From a virus (lineage: Duplodnaviria > Caudoviricetes), in IMG/VR virus record IMGVR_UViG_3300021181_000004: a stretch of DNA of 64,000 nt; one strand, 5' to 3'. The notes beneath the pieces are model-generated. The model had not been told where the DNA came from. It worked only from the letters and a program-made list of their open reading frames with translations, and ran no database searches. Position numbers and translations under genes: made by a program. Below are positions 1 through 9,629 of this stretch, piece by piece (position 1 is the first letter of the stretch; each line of letters starts with the position of its first letter).

Positions 1-1
1 T

Positions 2-2668
2 GTGTTAGCAACAACTTCTCTTATCCGATCAGGCTACGACATCATCGTATTAGGTAACAGCGACACTGTCATTGGTGTTATTCTAACGGATGCGACCACG
101 ATAGGCTCACCCCCAGAAATGCCGGGCCAGAGTTTAGTGATTTTCGAGTTGGACCCAAATGACAATCTGGTTTCTGTTACTCAGTTGCTGAATTCTCCAG
201 ACAATTCGTCCAGTACTGCGTCCTTGATAACTTATAATTCTCTGTCATTGGCTTCTCCTGATGGCGTTAATGTAGAGTTATACTGGGAGCAACACCCGCG
301 TTTGATTACGTTTAAAGATCAGCTGTTTCAGATTTTTTTCGCTCTACGTAGCGGCGGTGTTTGGAATCTCCCTGGGAATCCGATTGAATCCTTTGTTGGG
401 CGTTATTCCGATGATCGTCTCACGGTTCTCCAAGATACACAAGGAGGACGTTACCTAGCACAAATATTTTATACGCAAACTAACATCCCAGAAGGTATCA
501 CTGGGAATTTGCTGCTCGGTTATTTGCAAGGCGGGGGATCTTGGATATTTCAAATTGTGAAGGGTTCGCTAAACGGTTCAATTGTAGAAGCTACTCTGTC
601 TCTTGATCAAGCTGGTAATGTATTCGTTGCTTATTTGATAGAGGACCTTCTCACAGGTCAAGTGGGTGGTCCCACTTACCCGATGCAATTAGCATCGGTG
701 AATCTGGCCAACCTCGCCGTAACTAATCTCCCTGGGTGGTACAACAATCACAATTTTACTTGGCTTCGAGGCACTAAATCGATCGTTGACGATTTGTCCA
801 TGTGGGCTGTTGTGGCAGAAGAGCAAGTTGGTGGGAGTCCGACTATTGATACCCCGAGCTATCTCTCGGGCATCCATACTCCTCCCGTGGCTGTATTGTC
901 CCCAGCTTCAGTGGTCGTAGAACGTGGGACTCCACAATTCTTTGATGCTAGTGCATCCTACGATACTACCGAAGACCCGATTACTTACAATTGGTCAGAA
1001 ACTAGCCCAGATTTGGTAGATGTAACTCTTGCACCCAATGGGGATACGGCCATTCTGAATGTCGCTCGCGCTATTGGTGGCGGGCAGCGCATTTTTGACG
1101 TTACAGTAGAAGAGACGACTTCTTATTACCCAACCCCCGAAAACGGATCTATAGCATCCTCACTGGTTACTGTCCCATTTGACCCGCCGTCTTATGTCGA
1201 GTTTCTGGGTCTTGCATTTTTGGGGTCTCCTCCGATACCAACAATCTATGCCGCTAGAAATACAAGTGTTACAATTACACCAACGTATTTTCCAGAACCC
1301 CCGAATGCGGATGCCCTGATGTCCTACACTTGGACACAAACGATGGGGGATATGGTTGAACCTTTGAGTTTTTCAACGCCGACTTTTACTTTCCCAACCA
1401 ATGGGTTGTCGGTGAATGGGGAAACCCTGATGTTCACTGTTCAAGTCAATGATGGGGTTACAACCACATGGAGTTCTGCCACAAACTATTCTATTGGAGA
1501 CTCAGCAATTTACAACAACGCTGTTTACACAGCTCAAGAAGCTAACACGAATGTTTTGCCTCCTAACTCTCCTACAGTTTGGTCGTTCATTGGTTTTAAT
1601 CTAGCCACTGTTCAGGTGATTGTTGCCTCATACGAAGAACAGAATCCCTCGTATATCCCTAATACACTTCGATTAGCTCGTGCTATATGGCAAACTGGAG
1701 GTTCTCCGCCATCTAATGCTACTATCAGTCAACGTAACTCACTGGTGCCCTCCTACAGTTCTTTAAGTGTCTCCGGGGTTTGGTCTAATTTACAGAATAT
1801 CAAGCGTATTTCTGTCATTAGTGGGCAAAATCGGGAACTCATTATTTCGCCTGCGTCAGCGTTGGTGTATGGTGGGGTAGCGCCGAATGTAGTACTGCTT
1901 ACGCGCTGCCTAACGCCGCTAGGTACCCCAATTCTGGATGCTTTTCACACAGAACAAGATTACACTCTTGTATTGACGTTGGACGGGAATCCAGCAACAT
2001 ACAAAATCTATCGCTATATGACAGCCTACCATGTTGATACAGATAACCCGGACGCTTTTATAGATCTGTCAACTATCGTGCCAGAAATGGCCTTTAATAC
2101 GATAACAGCTACAATTGTTTACAACAACGTTCGTGTTATTGCTTTATCTGGCCTAAATGGATGTTTGTTGCTTCAAGTAAACTCTCAAACTCTTACCCCT
2201 GAAGGTTTTACGGTGTTTTCTGTAGAGTCCAAAAGGCTCTACGGTGCGGATAATGTTCAATGGGTTCGTATGGCGAATGTAGAAAGCGTCAATTCTGGTT
2301 TGATTCTAATCGGCAGCATTCAAATAGTAGGTAACCCACCTGTAAGCAGCACTTATGAAACGTTTTATGATCTCCCATCGGGAACTATTTTGGGTGTTTG
2401 GGACAAGACTAAATTAGTGAATCAAATTGTGAATACAGGTGAAATCCTCTTTGAGGCGATTTCTACGTATGGTGGTTTTCCTGCTACTCCTACTATGGGT
2501 GTTCCTACTCTTATTGATGGAGTGGTAACTCTATCTTGGTCTGAAGTAAACCCAAGTTCTATTGATGGATATGAGATCTTCTATTCAAGTGACGGCGTTT
2601 CGTATTCCAGCTTTCAAGTAGGCTCGGGAGCCATTCAGTCCATTCAAATCCCATTGTCGCAACTATGA
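2..2668 (+). CDS. Large virion-associated protein, 5' truncated; PKD/Ig-like repeats, CBM5/12-like module, incomplete C-terminal FN3
   Basis: 888 aa open from window edge; PKD-like FFDASASYD...ITYNWS; WSSATNYSIGDSAIYNNAVY..NTNVLP...W resembles CBM5/12; VTLSWSE..IDGYEIFYS is the N-terminal part of an FN3. Confidence 0.6.
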   Translation: MLATTSLIRSGYDIIVLGNSDTVIGVILTDATTIGSPPEMPGQSLVIFELDPNDNLVSVTQLLNSPDNSSSTASLITYNSLSLASPDGVNVELYWEQHPRLITFKDQLFQIFFALRSGGVWNLPGNPIESFVGRYSDDRLTVLQDTQGGRYLAQIFYTQTNIPEGITGNLLLGYLQGGGSWIFQIVKGSLNGSIVEATLSLDQAGNVFVAYLIEDLLTGQVGGPTYPMQLASVNLANLAVTNLPGWYNNHNFTWLRGTKSIVDDLSMWAVVAEEQVGGSPTIDTPSYLSGIHTPPVAVLSPASVVVERGTPQFFDASASYDTTEDPITYNWSETSPDLVDVTLAPNGDTAILNVARAIGGGQRIFDVTVEETTSYYPTPENGSIASSLVTVPFDPPSYVEFLGLAFLGSPPIPTIYAARNTSVTITPTYFPEPPNADALMSYTWTQTMGDMVEPLSFSTPTFTFPTNGLSVNGETLMFTVQVNDGVTTTWSSATNYSIGDSAIYNNAVYTAQEANTNVLPPNSPTVWSFIGFNLATVQVIVASYEEQNPSYIPNTLRLARAIWQTGGSPPSNATISQRNSLVPSYSSLSVSGVWSNLQNIKRISVISGQNRELIISPASALVYGGVAPNVVLLTRCLTPLGTPILDAFHTEQDYTLVLTLDGNPATYKIYRYMTAYHVDTDNPDAFIDLSTIVPEMAFNTITATIVYNNVRVIALSGLNGCLLLQVNSQTLTPEGFTVFSVESKRLYGADNVQWVRMANVESVNSGLILIGSIQIVGNPPVSSTYETFYDLPSGTILGVWDKTKLVNQIVNTGEILFEAISTYGGFPATPTMGVPTLIDGVVTLSWSEVNPSSIDGYEIFYSSDGVSYSSFQVGSGAIQSIQIPLSQL

Positions 2669-3658
2669 TTGTGGAAGTAATGTTACAATGTTAGACGGAA
2701 GTGAAGTACCGTCTCCATTGCTGGCAGTCATGTAAAATTGAAACAGAATCCCGGAGAGAGCCTGCTGAGCTTCGAGATGGCTTTGAGCGTAGTATATATT
2801 TGCTGGATTATACGCAATTTCTATGTACGACTCTGGAATTTCAAACGCATCACACCCGTTAGCCCGTGCAAATGGTAGAATTACTAATGGATCCGTGATT
2901 GTGTCAGGATTTTGCAGTTGTAGGAAATGATAGACATCGGGGTATGCTGCAAAAAGGCTTACCCAATCACCGCTGGATTGACCCTGTGTGTCTCCTCCAC
3001 TAGCCGAGTCGTTTCCGATTCCTAAACCCGCGTTTGCAAAAATTTGTCCTGTTCCATAGGTAATTGCATTTGAAATGCAATTGCTCACGTTGTAGCATAT
3101 TTGTATAGAAGAATTTAGACTCTTTACGAATGCTGCAAGATTGGTTAAATAAGCCTGTACCCCCGGTATTCCTCCCCAAGCCGAGGGATTATTTAAGTAG
3201 CATGGTGGGCAGGATAAATCCCCTTGAAAGGGGCCAACCCTGACATAAAGTACGTTGTTGGCATAGTTTGATGCTTCGAGATGAGTGATTAATGCTTGGA
3301 TGAACGCTTCTTCTCTGGCAACAAAGAATGGAGATACAGTAATGGGCAATGGTTGTGGGTAGGCAGGGCACGCTATGGAAGGCGTCCCGGATACTACATA
3401 TGCTGGGGTTGCCGTATTAGGTCCTGGAGTCGGGGAGAGGCCAGAACTTCCCGCTAAAGTGACTATAATGGCAACATTTTTGCCTATACTGGTAAATGGA
3501 GCATTCATTGCATCGAGAGCTGACCAATTGTAAACTCCTTCGCTGGTTTCTATTTGCGCCCAGTTGATCCGGGTTGCAAATGTGGAGATATGTGGTACAA
3601 TATATTCCCAGAATGCTGGAGTGTCCGGGTTGAAACTGCTTACGATAGTCATGCCCAT
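2663..3658 (-). CDS. Glycoside hydrolase-like TIM barrel (GH42/GH35-like N-terminus) with an FN3-like tail
   Basis: RINWAQIETSEGVYNWSALD motif typical of clan GH-A beta-galactosidase-like enzymes; AGGAAG RBS. Confidence 0.55.
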   Translation of the reverse strand: MGMTIVSSFNPDTPAFWEYIVPHISTFATRINWAQIETSEGVYNWSALDAMNAPFTSIGKNVAIIVTLAGSSGLSPTPGPNTATPAYVVSGTPSIACPAYPQPLPITVSPFFVAREEAFIQALITHLEASNYANNVLYVRVGPFQGDLSCPPCYLNNPSAWGGIPGVQAYLTNLAAFVKSLNSSIQICYNVSNCISNAITYGTGQIFANAGLGIGNDSASGGDTQGQSSGDWVSLFAAYPDVYHFLQLQNPDTITDPLVILPFARANGCDAFEIPESYIEIAYNPANIYYAQSHLEAQQALSGILFQFYMTASNGDGTSLPSNIVTLLPQS

Positions 3659-3685
3659 ACGTATTCTCTTCCTGTAAAGTAGTAT
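3656..3685 (+). promoter_or_regulatory. Degenerate copy of TACCCG-N17-GTAGWAT promoter motif
   Basis: CATACG-N17-GTAGTAT upstream of the 3713 ORF. Confidence 0.35.
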
Positions 3686-3712
3686 TAAATTGGATTAAAG
3701 GAGGATCTGAAA

Positions 3713-3886
3713 GTGAGTCTCTGTCCAGATTATTGCGATTGTCGCCAATGTAAACATGGTACCCCTGCATGCGAACCATGTAAAGACTGTCGTCAGGAAA
3801 GAGAAGTTGCCCAACATCAAATCGATCATCAGCATAGTGTAGAACGACAACGAGCAAGAATCAAGAAAGCGCCTTGGAGAGAATGA
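3713..3886 (+). CDS. Small Cys-rich protein (57 aa)
   Basis: GTG start after AGGAGG; MSLCPDYCDCRQCKHGTPACEPCKDC...; stop abuts next gene. Confidence 0.6.
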   Translation: MSLCPDYCDCRQCKHGTPACEPCKDCRQEREVAQHQIDHQHSVERQRARIKKAPWRE

Positions 3887-3887
3887 A

Positions 3888-4901
3888 GTGCTCTTAAGTA
3901 AAAATGATCTCCTCAAAACTCTGCGTTCTCTCAGTGAATTTGATACTAACGCCAGCCCGTTTGTCGCCGTTCAGCTAGTGGAGAACAGTCTCCCACGCTT
4001 CTTTCGTTCCTCCATAAATGGCCAAATCATGTCCTCGGATTTTGATTTACTAAAAACAGGCAACACTTATGTTTCGCTGTCACATTTTAAGGATTGTCTC
4101 AAGGTACTACCAGAAGAGAAGATCGAATTATCACTGGATCCTAACGGTATTTTGAAGATTTCCTCCTTGGACAACACTTTTGACTCAGAGATTCGTGTGC
4201 ACACAGTCCCGGTGACTCAGGCAGGTCTCAAAGCACATGATTTGGGCGGCGTGGCAACCCGGCTTGGTGCGAATACATTCTTGGGTTGTGACACATCTCC
4301 TTTTGCGGCAGCCTCCCCGCCTATGCTGGTTAACGGGCGACTCTTTATTTCCACTAAATTCGGCGCAGTAATGTGGAATGGTCCAGATTGGCTCCGCGCT
4401 GTTCAATTGCAGCCGCGTGAACCATTTCTAAAGCTGATCACGGGAAATTCGGCTGTTGAAGATTTGTTTCTCACTGAGAAGGGTTATTGGGGAACGGCGA
4501 TTGCGGGCATGGTCATTTTTAGTTACGGTCATCTGCTCGGTAGAGAACTTTTCGACGCCTATGCTGCCCCTGGTGTGGAGCTAACGCGGTTCCCAGCTGC
4601 TCGTCTTGTTCAAGCGTTGCACGCCGCAGCAGGACTTTGCGATGATCAAGACAAAGTCGAGATTCGACCTAAAGAAGGCATTGTGGTGCGTGATAAATTC
4701 GGCAATGATTCTAGGTTTTCACTAGGCGGTAGTGATGGGTGGCAAAAATTTACGGCTTTTGGGAGAACGATGAAGACGATTGCCGATGCGCTTTCTCAAG
4801 CGGCGGATGAAGAAGCGGTATTACTGGATATACCCAGCTTTACAAATCCGACCAAGCGACTTCAACGCGGACCATGGTCTGTGAGTTTTAAAACATTATG
4901 A
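3888..4901 (+). CDS. Hypothetical protein, possibly a divergent DNA sliding clamp (beta-clamp-like)
   Basis: 337 aa; VSLSHFKDCLKVLPEEKIELSLD..ILKISS resembles DnaN domain 1; replication-gene context. Confidence 0.35.
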   Translation: MLLSKNDLLKTLRSLSEFDTNASPFVAVQLVENSLPRFFRSSINGQIMSSDFDLLKTGNTYVSLSHFKDCLKVLPEEKIELSLDPNGILKISSLDNTFDSEIRVHTVPVTQAGLKAHDLGGVATRLGANTFLGCDTSPFAAASPPMLVNGRLFISTKFGAVMWNGPDWLRAVQLQPREPFLKLITGNSAVEDLFLTEKGYWGTAIAGMVIFSYGHLLGRELFDAYAAPGVELTRFPAARLVQALHAAAGLCDDQDKVEIRPKEGIVVRDKFGNDSRFSLGGSDGWQKFTAFGRTMKTIADALSQAADEEAVLLDIPSFTNPTKRLQRGPWSVSFKTL

Positions 4902-5167
4902 TCGTTGCAATTATCTGCCCGAAATGCAAGGAAATGATCACGGAAACTTATCCGCATCCGCTGAACATGCCGTGCTTCGTATGCCGAGAATGTAGGCTGA
5001 TTCTCGAGCCGCCGAATGGGATGAGAGAAGAGATATCTACAACACCCCTGGAAGGTGGAAGCATTCTTCCGTCTCGATTACCTTGGGATGATGGACGGGC
5101 CAGAGAAAAGAATTGGATAGGAAGTAAAGCATGGAAAGATTGGAAACACTCTCAATCTGCTAGATAG
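4898..5167 (+). CDS. Small zinc-ribbon protein
   Basis: CPKC...CREC; ATGA overlap with the upstream gene. Confidence 0.6.
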   Translation: MIVAIICPKCKEMITETYPHPLNMPCFVCRECRLILEPPNGMREEISTTPLEGGSILPSRLPWDDGRAREKNWIGSKAWKDWKHSQSAR

Positions 5168-5193
5168 TGAGTATTACAAGGAGAGGAGATCTT

Positions 5194-5538
5194 ATGGCTA
5201 GAGTTGATGATAATCCAAGCGGTATCGTTTTTGATGACGCAGGTCCAGGAGCAGGTTTAAAAGCACCAGGAGTCCCGAAATCTGCTGATAAAATTGCTCA
5301 AGTAGCAGCAAAGGCAAAGAAGACGCCAGGAACGCAAGCTCAAGCTGCAAAGCCTGTTGCACCCGTAAAACTCAAGAAGGGCACCCCGCAAGTCAAGGTA
5401 ATTACAGCAGAGCGTTATAAGATGCAGGACAGCATTAATGCTGCCTTAGTTGAACTTGGAACCGGGGATGTTGTGGCTATTGCTGCTTCGGGTGCGGTTC
5501 AAAACGCTTACGAAGTTGTTATCCAATACGTGGTTTAA
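5194..5538 (+). CDS. Hypothetical protein
   Basis: ATG after GAGGAG (ORF track starts at 5167); Ala/Lys-rich linker. Confidence 0.6.
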   Translation: MARVDDNPSGIVFDDAGPGAGLKAPGVPKSADKIAQVAAKAKKTPGTQAQAAKPVAPVKLKKGTPQVKVITAERYKMQDSINAALVELGTGDVVAIAASGAVQNAYEVVIQYVV

Positions 5539-5550
5539 TTATCGATAACA

Positions 5551-6243
5551 ATGGATGAAGTTCTCAGCCATCGTGTGGGTGCTTACTCTCACTTTTTTGG
5601 ACGCCTCGAGCACCAAATAGACGCTGAGAAAAACCTTATCACACGTCTTAAAATTAAAATATCCACACTTGAATCTGAGAAAGCTCAACTAGTAAAAGCA
5701 GTGGGGCTGCTCGATAGGGCCATTGCCATTATCAGTGCCAATGGTATAGGTAAAATTGAATCTATCGTGACAGCAGGATTGCAACTAGTCTTTCATGATC
5801 CGCAGATGGGTTTGATCGTGGAGAAGACAGAAGGTAAACGCGGCAACTCTTTTCGGCTTCTCGTACGGCAGGGCGCGGTAAAGGGCGATCCTCTTGATAG
5901 TAGTTCTGGAGGAGTGGCGAACGTGATTGCTTTCCTTCTCCGTGTTATTCTTATTAAGAGATTCAAATTGTGTCAGCTTATTGTTTTGGATGAAACCTTT
6001 AACAACGTAAGTTCTGAATTTCAACCAAGCGTTAGTCAACTTCTTCACGAGATGTGTGATAAGTACAAATTTACCATCTTCGCTGTAACTCATTCCCCAC
6101 GTTTGATACGAGAAGCTGATGCGGTTTACCGCGCTTCTAGAACTGAAAATCCAGATGGCACTCGTCAGCCCCCAGTATTGAAGAATATTGAGGGTGCGGA
6201 ATTAGAGACTTTAAAGCAGTCTCAGGAAACTGAGGTCATCTAG
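5551..6243 (+). CDS. C-terminal half of SbcC/Rad50/gp46-like ABC ATPase
   Basis: Coiled coil then signature DSSSGG, Walker B LIVLDETF, H-loop FAVTH; no Walker A. Confidence 0.8.
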   Translation: MDEVLSHRVGAYSHFFGRLEHQIDAEKNLITRLKIKISTLESEKAQLVKAVGLLDRAIAIISANGIGKIESIVTAGLQLVFHDPQMGLIVEKTEGKRGNSFRLLVRQGAVKGDPLDSSSGGVANVIAFLLRVILIKRFKLCQLIVLDETFNNVSSEFQPSVSQLLHEMCDKYKFTIFAVTHSPRLIREADAVYRASRTENPDGTRQPPVLKNIEGAELETLKQSQETEVI

Positions 6244-6249
6244 GTCCAA

Positions 6250-6696
6250 GTGAAACTCAGATCACTGGAAGAAATTGTTGCTAAGTTCAAAGAAGTAGTG
6301 CATCGTCATCGTCGTCGCTATCTCCAGCGTAACTTGCGCCCGTGCCCGCTCAATTGCAAGGCTGCTGAAATCGGGACTGGTCATAAAGTTCTGGGATGTG
6401 AAAGCTGTGGCTCCACCAATCCAGATCGTTGTTATGCTCTTGACAAGTTCGTCCCAATTCTCAATAAAGAAGAATGTGTTAAGCAATTTCGTGAGGATTT
6501 GAAGAACCCAGATGTTCTTCTTCGCGATTATCGAGATATTGTATTTTTCTTATGGGTTTTGGGCGAGCCCATTGAAGGGAGAACAAATGAAAACGTTTTG
6601 CAGAAAGTAGAGGCGCAAAAGCTGGATGGAAATAAAGCCGCTCCAACTCTAGGGCATAGAATTATTCGAAGTAATCGCCCTATGGGAGTTGAATAG
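6250..6696 (+). CDS. Hypothetical Cys-containing protein
   Basis: CPLNC...CESC...C; in operon. Confidence 0.6.
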   Translation: MKLRSLEEIVAKFKEVVHRHRRRYLQRNLRPCPLNCKAAEIGTGHKVLGCESCGSTNPDRCYALDKFVPILNKEECVKQFREDLKNPDVLLRDYRDIVFFLWVLGEPIEGRTNENVLQKVEAQKLDGNKAAPTLGHRIIRSNRPMGVE

Positions 6697-7458
6697 ATGG
6701 CGTACAGCGACGAATGGTGGTTTTCGGTTCCTGAGTTGATTAAGAAAACACGAGAATTCTACACTAGAAACGCGGCCAAGAATCCAAACGCAGACCTGAT
6801 TTCAGCAACCACACAAAAGATTATTGTCGCTCGTGAATGGCAACCCGCTCTTTCTCATATTCAAGAGAATTTTCCTCGGGTCTTAACAGAACTAGGCGTG
6901 TTTTATGTACCCAAGACTTATGAACCGGGTCCGATGTTTGTATTTCCAATTCGTGCTTTAGATGGAACATTTCCAAGAGCGCAAACTAAACCTTGCGAGG
7001 GCTCAGTTCTGTGGGGGCAGGGCAATTATCATTGGATTGGGGAAAAGCTGGTCGGACCGAATTGGCTGGGCAATGATCCAGAGACCCTGAAGCGAATCAT
7101 TGAACGCAAAGAAGCTACACTGGTGGAAGGCCCGTTTGATTTGTTGGCGTGCCGACTTCTCACACCAGATCTGCCAATCATGACCCCGCTAACTAAGAGT
7201 ATTAGCGATAAGCATGAAGCCTACCTCCGTATGCTAGGAGTTGAAAAATTGAATCTGTTGTTTGATAACGAACGTCCAGATATTGAGAAAGGCAAAGATT
7301 TGGGCGGCGGTAATTTGAGTATGCGAGTATTGAAGTACAAGATTAAGACCATGAATGTTGAGGTTAAACTTCTCAAAGGCAGCGATCCTTCTGCGGCACT
7401 AAAGACTGGGGCAGGAACTAATAACCTGTTATCTTTGCTCATGGGGAATGAATTATGA
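6697..7458 (+). CDS. DnaG-like primase catalytic (TOPRIM) domain without zinc-binding domain
   Basis: LVEGPFDLLA and LLFDNE TOPRIM motifs; MFVFPIR upstream. Confidence 0.7.
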   Translation: MAYSDEWWFSVPELIKKTREFYTRNAAKNPNADLISATTQKIIVAREWQPALSHIQENFPRVLTELGVFYVPKTYEPGPMFVFPIRALDGTFPRAQTKPCEGSVLWGQGNYHWIGEKLVGPNWLGNDPETLKRIIERKEATLVEGPFDLLACRLLTPDLPIMTPLTKSISDKHEAYLRMLGVEKLNLLFDNERPDIEKGKDLGGGNLSMRVLKYKIKTMNVEVKLLKGSDPSAALKTGAGTNNLLSLLMGNEL

Positions 7459-7601
7459 AACTTTGGATGTGGATCTTTATGGCTGTATGGTTTATCGGAG
7501 GCTTACTCCTCTGTTCTCGAAAACCAACAACATCCGAAGGTCGCCCCCTACCTCCTTTTGCTTAATCCTGTAGCATTGGAAATCCCAGTATTGAGGACAT
7601 T

Positions 7602-7820
7602 ATGACTACTGCTAAGGCGGTCGCGGTCAACACTCGGTTTGGCCTTGTGGAACGAGACTTAACCGAAAAGGAGAAATCGGAGCCCAATTTACCGGAGGGG
7701 CTATTCGTTAGACTTCAAAGCGTTGGTTTTTACGGAATTAAAGATGCAGGCTTTCTCCAGGGGGAAAATGTTTACGTTCCTGCGGAGCTTGTTCGTCAGT
7801 CAATTCTCTTCATACGTTAA
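7602..7820 (+). CDS. Hypothetical protein (paralog of 7831-8043)
   Basis: VNTRFGLVERDL...GENVYVPAELV. Confidence 0.65.
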   Translation: MTTAKAVAVNTRFGLVERDLTEKEKSEPNLPEGLFVRLQSVGFYGIKDAGFLQGENVYVPAELVRQSILFIR

Positions 7821-7830
7821 AAGGATTCCT

Positions 7831-8043
7831 ATGTCGAAATCGTGTTTGCATCGAAAGCTAGTGATTTTAACTCCATTTGGTTGGTTTGAACGAGATTTGG
7901 AAAATTCGAAGGATTCCGGTACTAGTCCTGAGAATCTTCTTAAAATCTATCGTAAGAACGGCGTCTGGGGGAATATGCCTCATTCTGGACAAGTAGTGTG
8001 GCTGGCGCCAGAGATGGTGACTAACGCGACATTTCAGAGCTGA
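7831..8043 (+). CDS. Hypothetical protein (paralog of 7602-7820)
   Basis: ILTPFGWFERDL...GQVVWLAPEMV; ATG after AGGA. Confidence 0.65.
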   Translation: MSKSCLHRKLVILTPFGWFERDLENSKDSGTSPENLLKIYRKNGVWGNMPHSGQVVWLAPEMVTNATFQS

Positions 8044-8051
8044 GGAAATGC

Positions 8052-8252
8052 ATGACGAGCAGTCCCATTGTAGCTTGTGGTTTTGGCCTCGGGTTAGGAA
8101 TTATTGCGGGAACTGGAACTGGCGTAGGCTTGCACTATTTCTCTGTTTGGAATAATTCTGGTCAGGCGGAAGTAATCGGCTTAGTGATGGGAATTGGGGT
8201 TGCTCTCACAATCAGTAGCTGGGTTTATTCAACACTTAAGGGTGACAGATGA
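8052..8252 (+). CDS. Small two-TM membrane protein
   Basis: Two Gly-rich hydrophobic segments. Confidence 0.55.
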   Translation: MTSSPIVACGFGLGLGIIAGTGTGVGLHYFSVWNNSGQAEVIGLVMGIGVALTISSWVYSTLKGDR

Positions 8253-8530
8253 GAGTAGAGCTTGAATCTGCAAACCAGGCATACGGTGAGCATCGAGACT
8301 CTTGTTATCTTTGCGGCGCTGTCGATCTCCAGATGCGGCCTACCGAAATTTCTAGATGCCCAGAGGGTCAAAAACTGGTTCGGTCAGCGGCTCAAGAGAG
8401 TCGCATAAAAGGTTGGAAACTCAAAATCACCTCAGAAGATCTGTTGTTTTTGGAGCAAGTAGGTATTGAAAATGGCATTGTCCACCCACAAATCGGAAGT
8501 CGTGCCATTCGTGATGGAGAAGCATCCTGA
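8249..8530 (+). CDS. Hypothetical protein
   Basis: HRDSCYLC...RCPEG; ATGA coupling. Confidence 0.55.
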   Translation: MRVELESANQAYGEHRDSCYLCGAVDLQMRPTEISRCPEGQKLVRSAAQESRIKGWKLKITSEDLLFLEQVGIENGIVHPQIGSRAIRDGEAS

Positions 8531-9629
8531 TGCGGATTCGCTTTCGATCGTCAAGGTTTGGAACTTCACGTGCGTCGTCCGCACGGAAGATTGGCTCGGG
8601 ACCACTAAGGCGGTGTACATCACGCCTGATTCCGTGCTACCGAACCTCCCCGAGTATCGATGGCTTAAAGACACCCCCAACCTCCGAAAAGACCGTGAAA
8701 TCCTAGCCAAGAAACTTGCTGCTGAACCGGAAAGCGATCTTGCTCGTATTGCATACAACGAGGGGATTGCTGCACTAGAAGCCCGAATTGACGGCAATAC
8801 TAAGTACCTTCGAATCGCGGCTAAGAGGCTGCGTGGCGTGTGGTCTATGGGTATGCTTCTACCCTGCCCAGAAGGCAAAGAAATTGGGGATGACTGTGCG
8901 GAGCTGCTCGGCATCACGCACTACGAACCACCCCCGGAGCCGCTGTTCAATGCCTCGGGACGTCATCAGGGCGCGGATGTAGGCCCACCACCACCCGTAC
9001 CCCTAGCTCCTAAGTATGACATCGAGTCTGCTTACCGTTACGCCTCGGAGGTCTTTGAGCCGGGTGAGATGGTCTATGTCACGGAGAAATTGGATGGTCA
9101 GAATGCTCGTTTCACTATGGCTGATGATCCGTTTCATGGGGAAATTCTTCAGCAGGCTAAGATGTATGCGGGTTCTCGTACGGAATGGAAGCTTGAAGAA
9201 GGCGAGAGCAATTGGTGGCAAGTTCAAAAACAGAACCCTTGGATCCCAGAATGGTGCGACTCAAATCGTAACAAACTCCTCTATGGTGAAAATTTTGGAT
9301 GGGTTCAGAAGATGCGCTATGGCGCGACAGTACCAGGCACTCTATGGTTTCGCGCTTTCGATATTCTGGATGTTACTCGTTGGTTGGACGCTGAAGAATT
9401 CATTGCTGCTCTACCAGAAGATCGCCGTGTGCCCATGCTTGGCATTATGCCCTATAATTTTGAGCAGCTCGTCAAATTAGCTGACGGAAAATCTTTGATT
9501 CCTGGTGCTAGTGATCAGATAAGGGAGGGCATTGTAATCAAGCCTCTGAAAGAACGTTATCACCAGAAATTAGGCCGCGTTGTTCTTAAGATTGTTTCCA
9601 ATGTGTATTTAGCTGAGTCAGCAAGATAA
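8472..9629 (+). CDS. RNA ligase, DRB0094-like family
   Basis: N-terminal OB-like HPDADSL..VYITPDSVLP; nucleotidyltransferase motif TEKLDGQN; REGIVIKP; VLKIVSNVYL. Confidence 0.85.
   Translation: MALSTHKSEVVPFVMEKHPDADSLSIVKVWNFTCVVRTEDWLGTTKAVYITPDSVLPNLPEYRWLKDTPNLRKDREILAKKLAAEPESDLARIAYNEGIAALEARIDGNTKYLRIAAKRLRGVWSMGMLLPCPEGKEIGDDCAELLGITHYEPPPEPLFNASGRHQGADVGPPPPVPLAPKYDIESAYRYASEVFEPGEMVYVTEKLDGQNARFTMADDPFHGEILQQAKMYAGSRTEWKLEEGESNWWQVQKQNPWIPEWCDSNRNKLLYGENFGWVQKMRYGATVPGTLWFRAFDILDVTRWLDAEEFIAALPEDRRVPMLGIMPYNFEQLVKLADGKSLIPGASDQIREGIVIKPLKERYHQKLGRVVLKIVSNVYLAESAR

Noticed and set aside
6250-7458. In-frame TAG-ATG junction suggesting readthrough into a full Zn-finger primase
   Set aside because: Stop immediately followed by start also occurs at 15335/15336, 21229/21230 and 51371/51372 between unrelated proteins, so this is ordinary tight packing.
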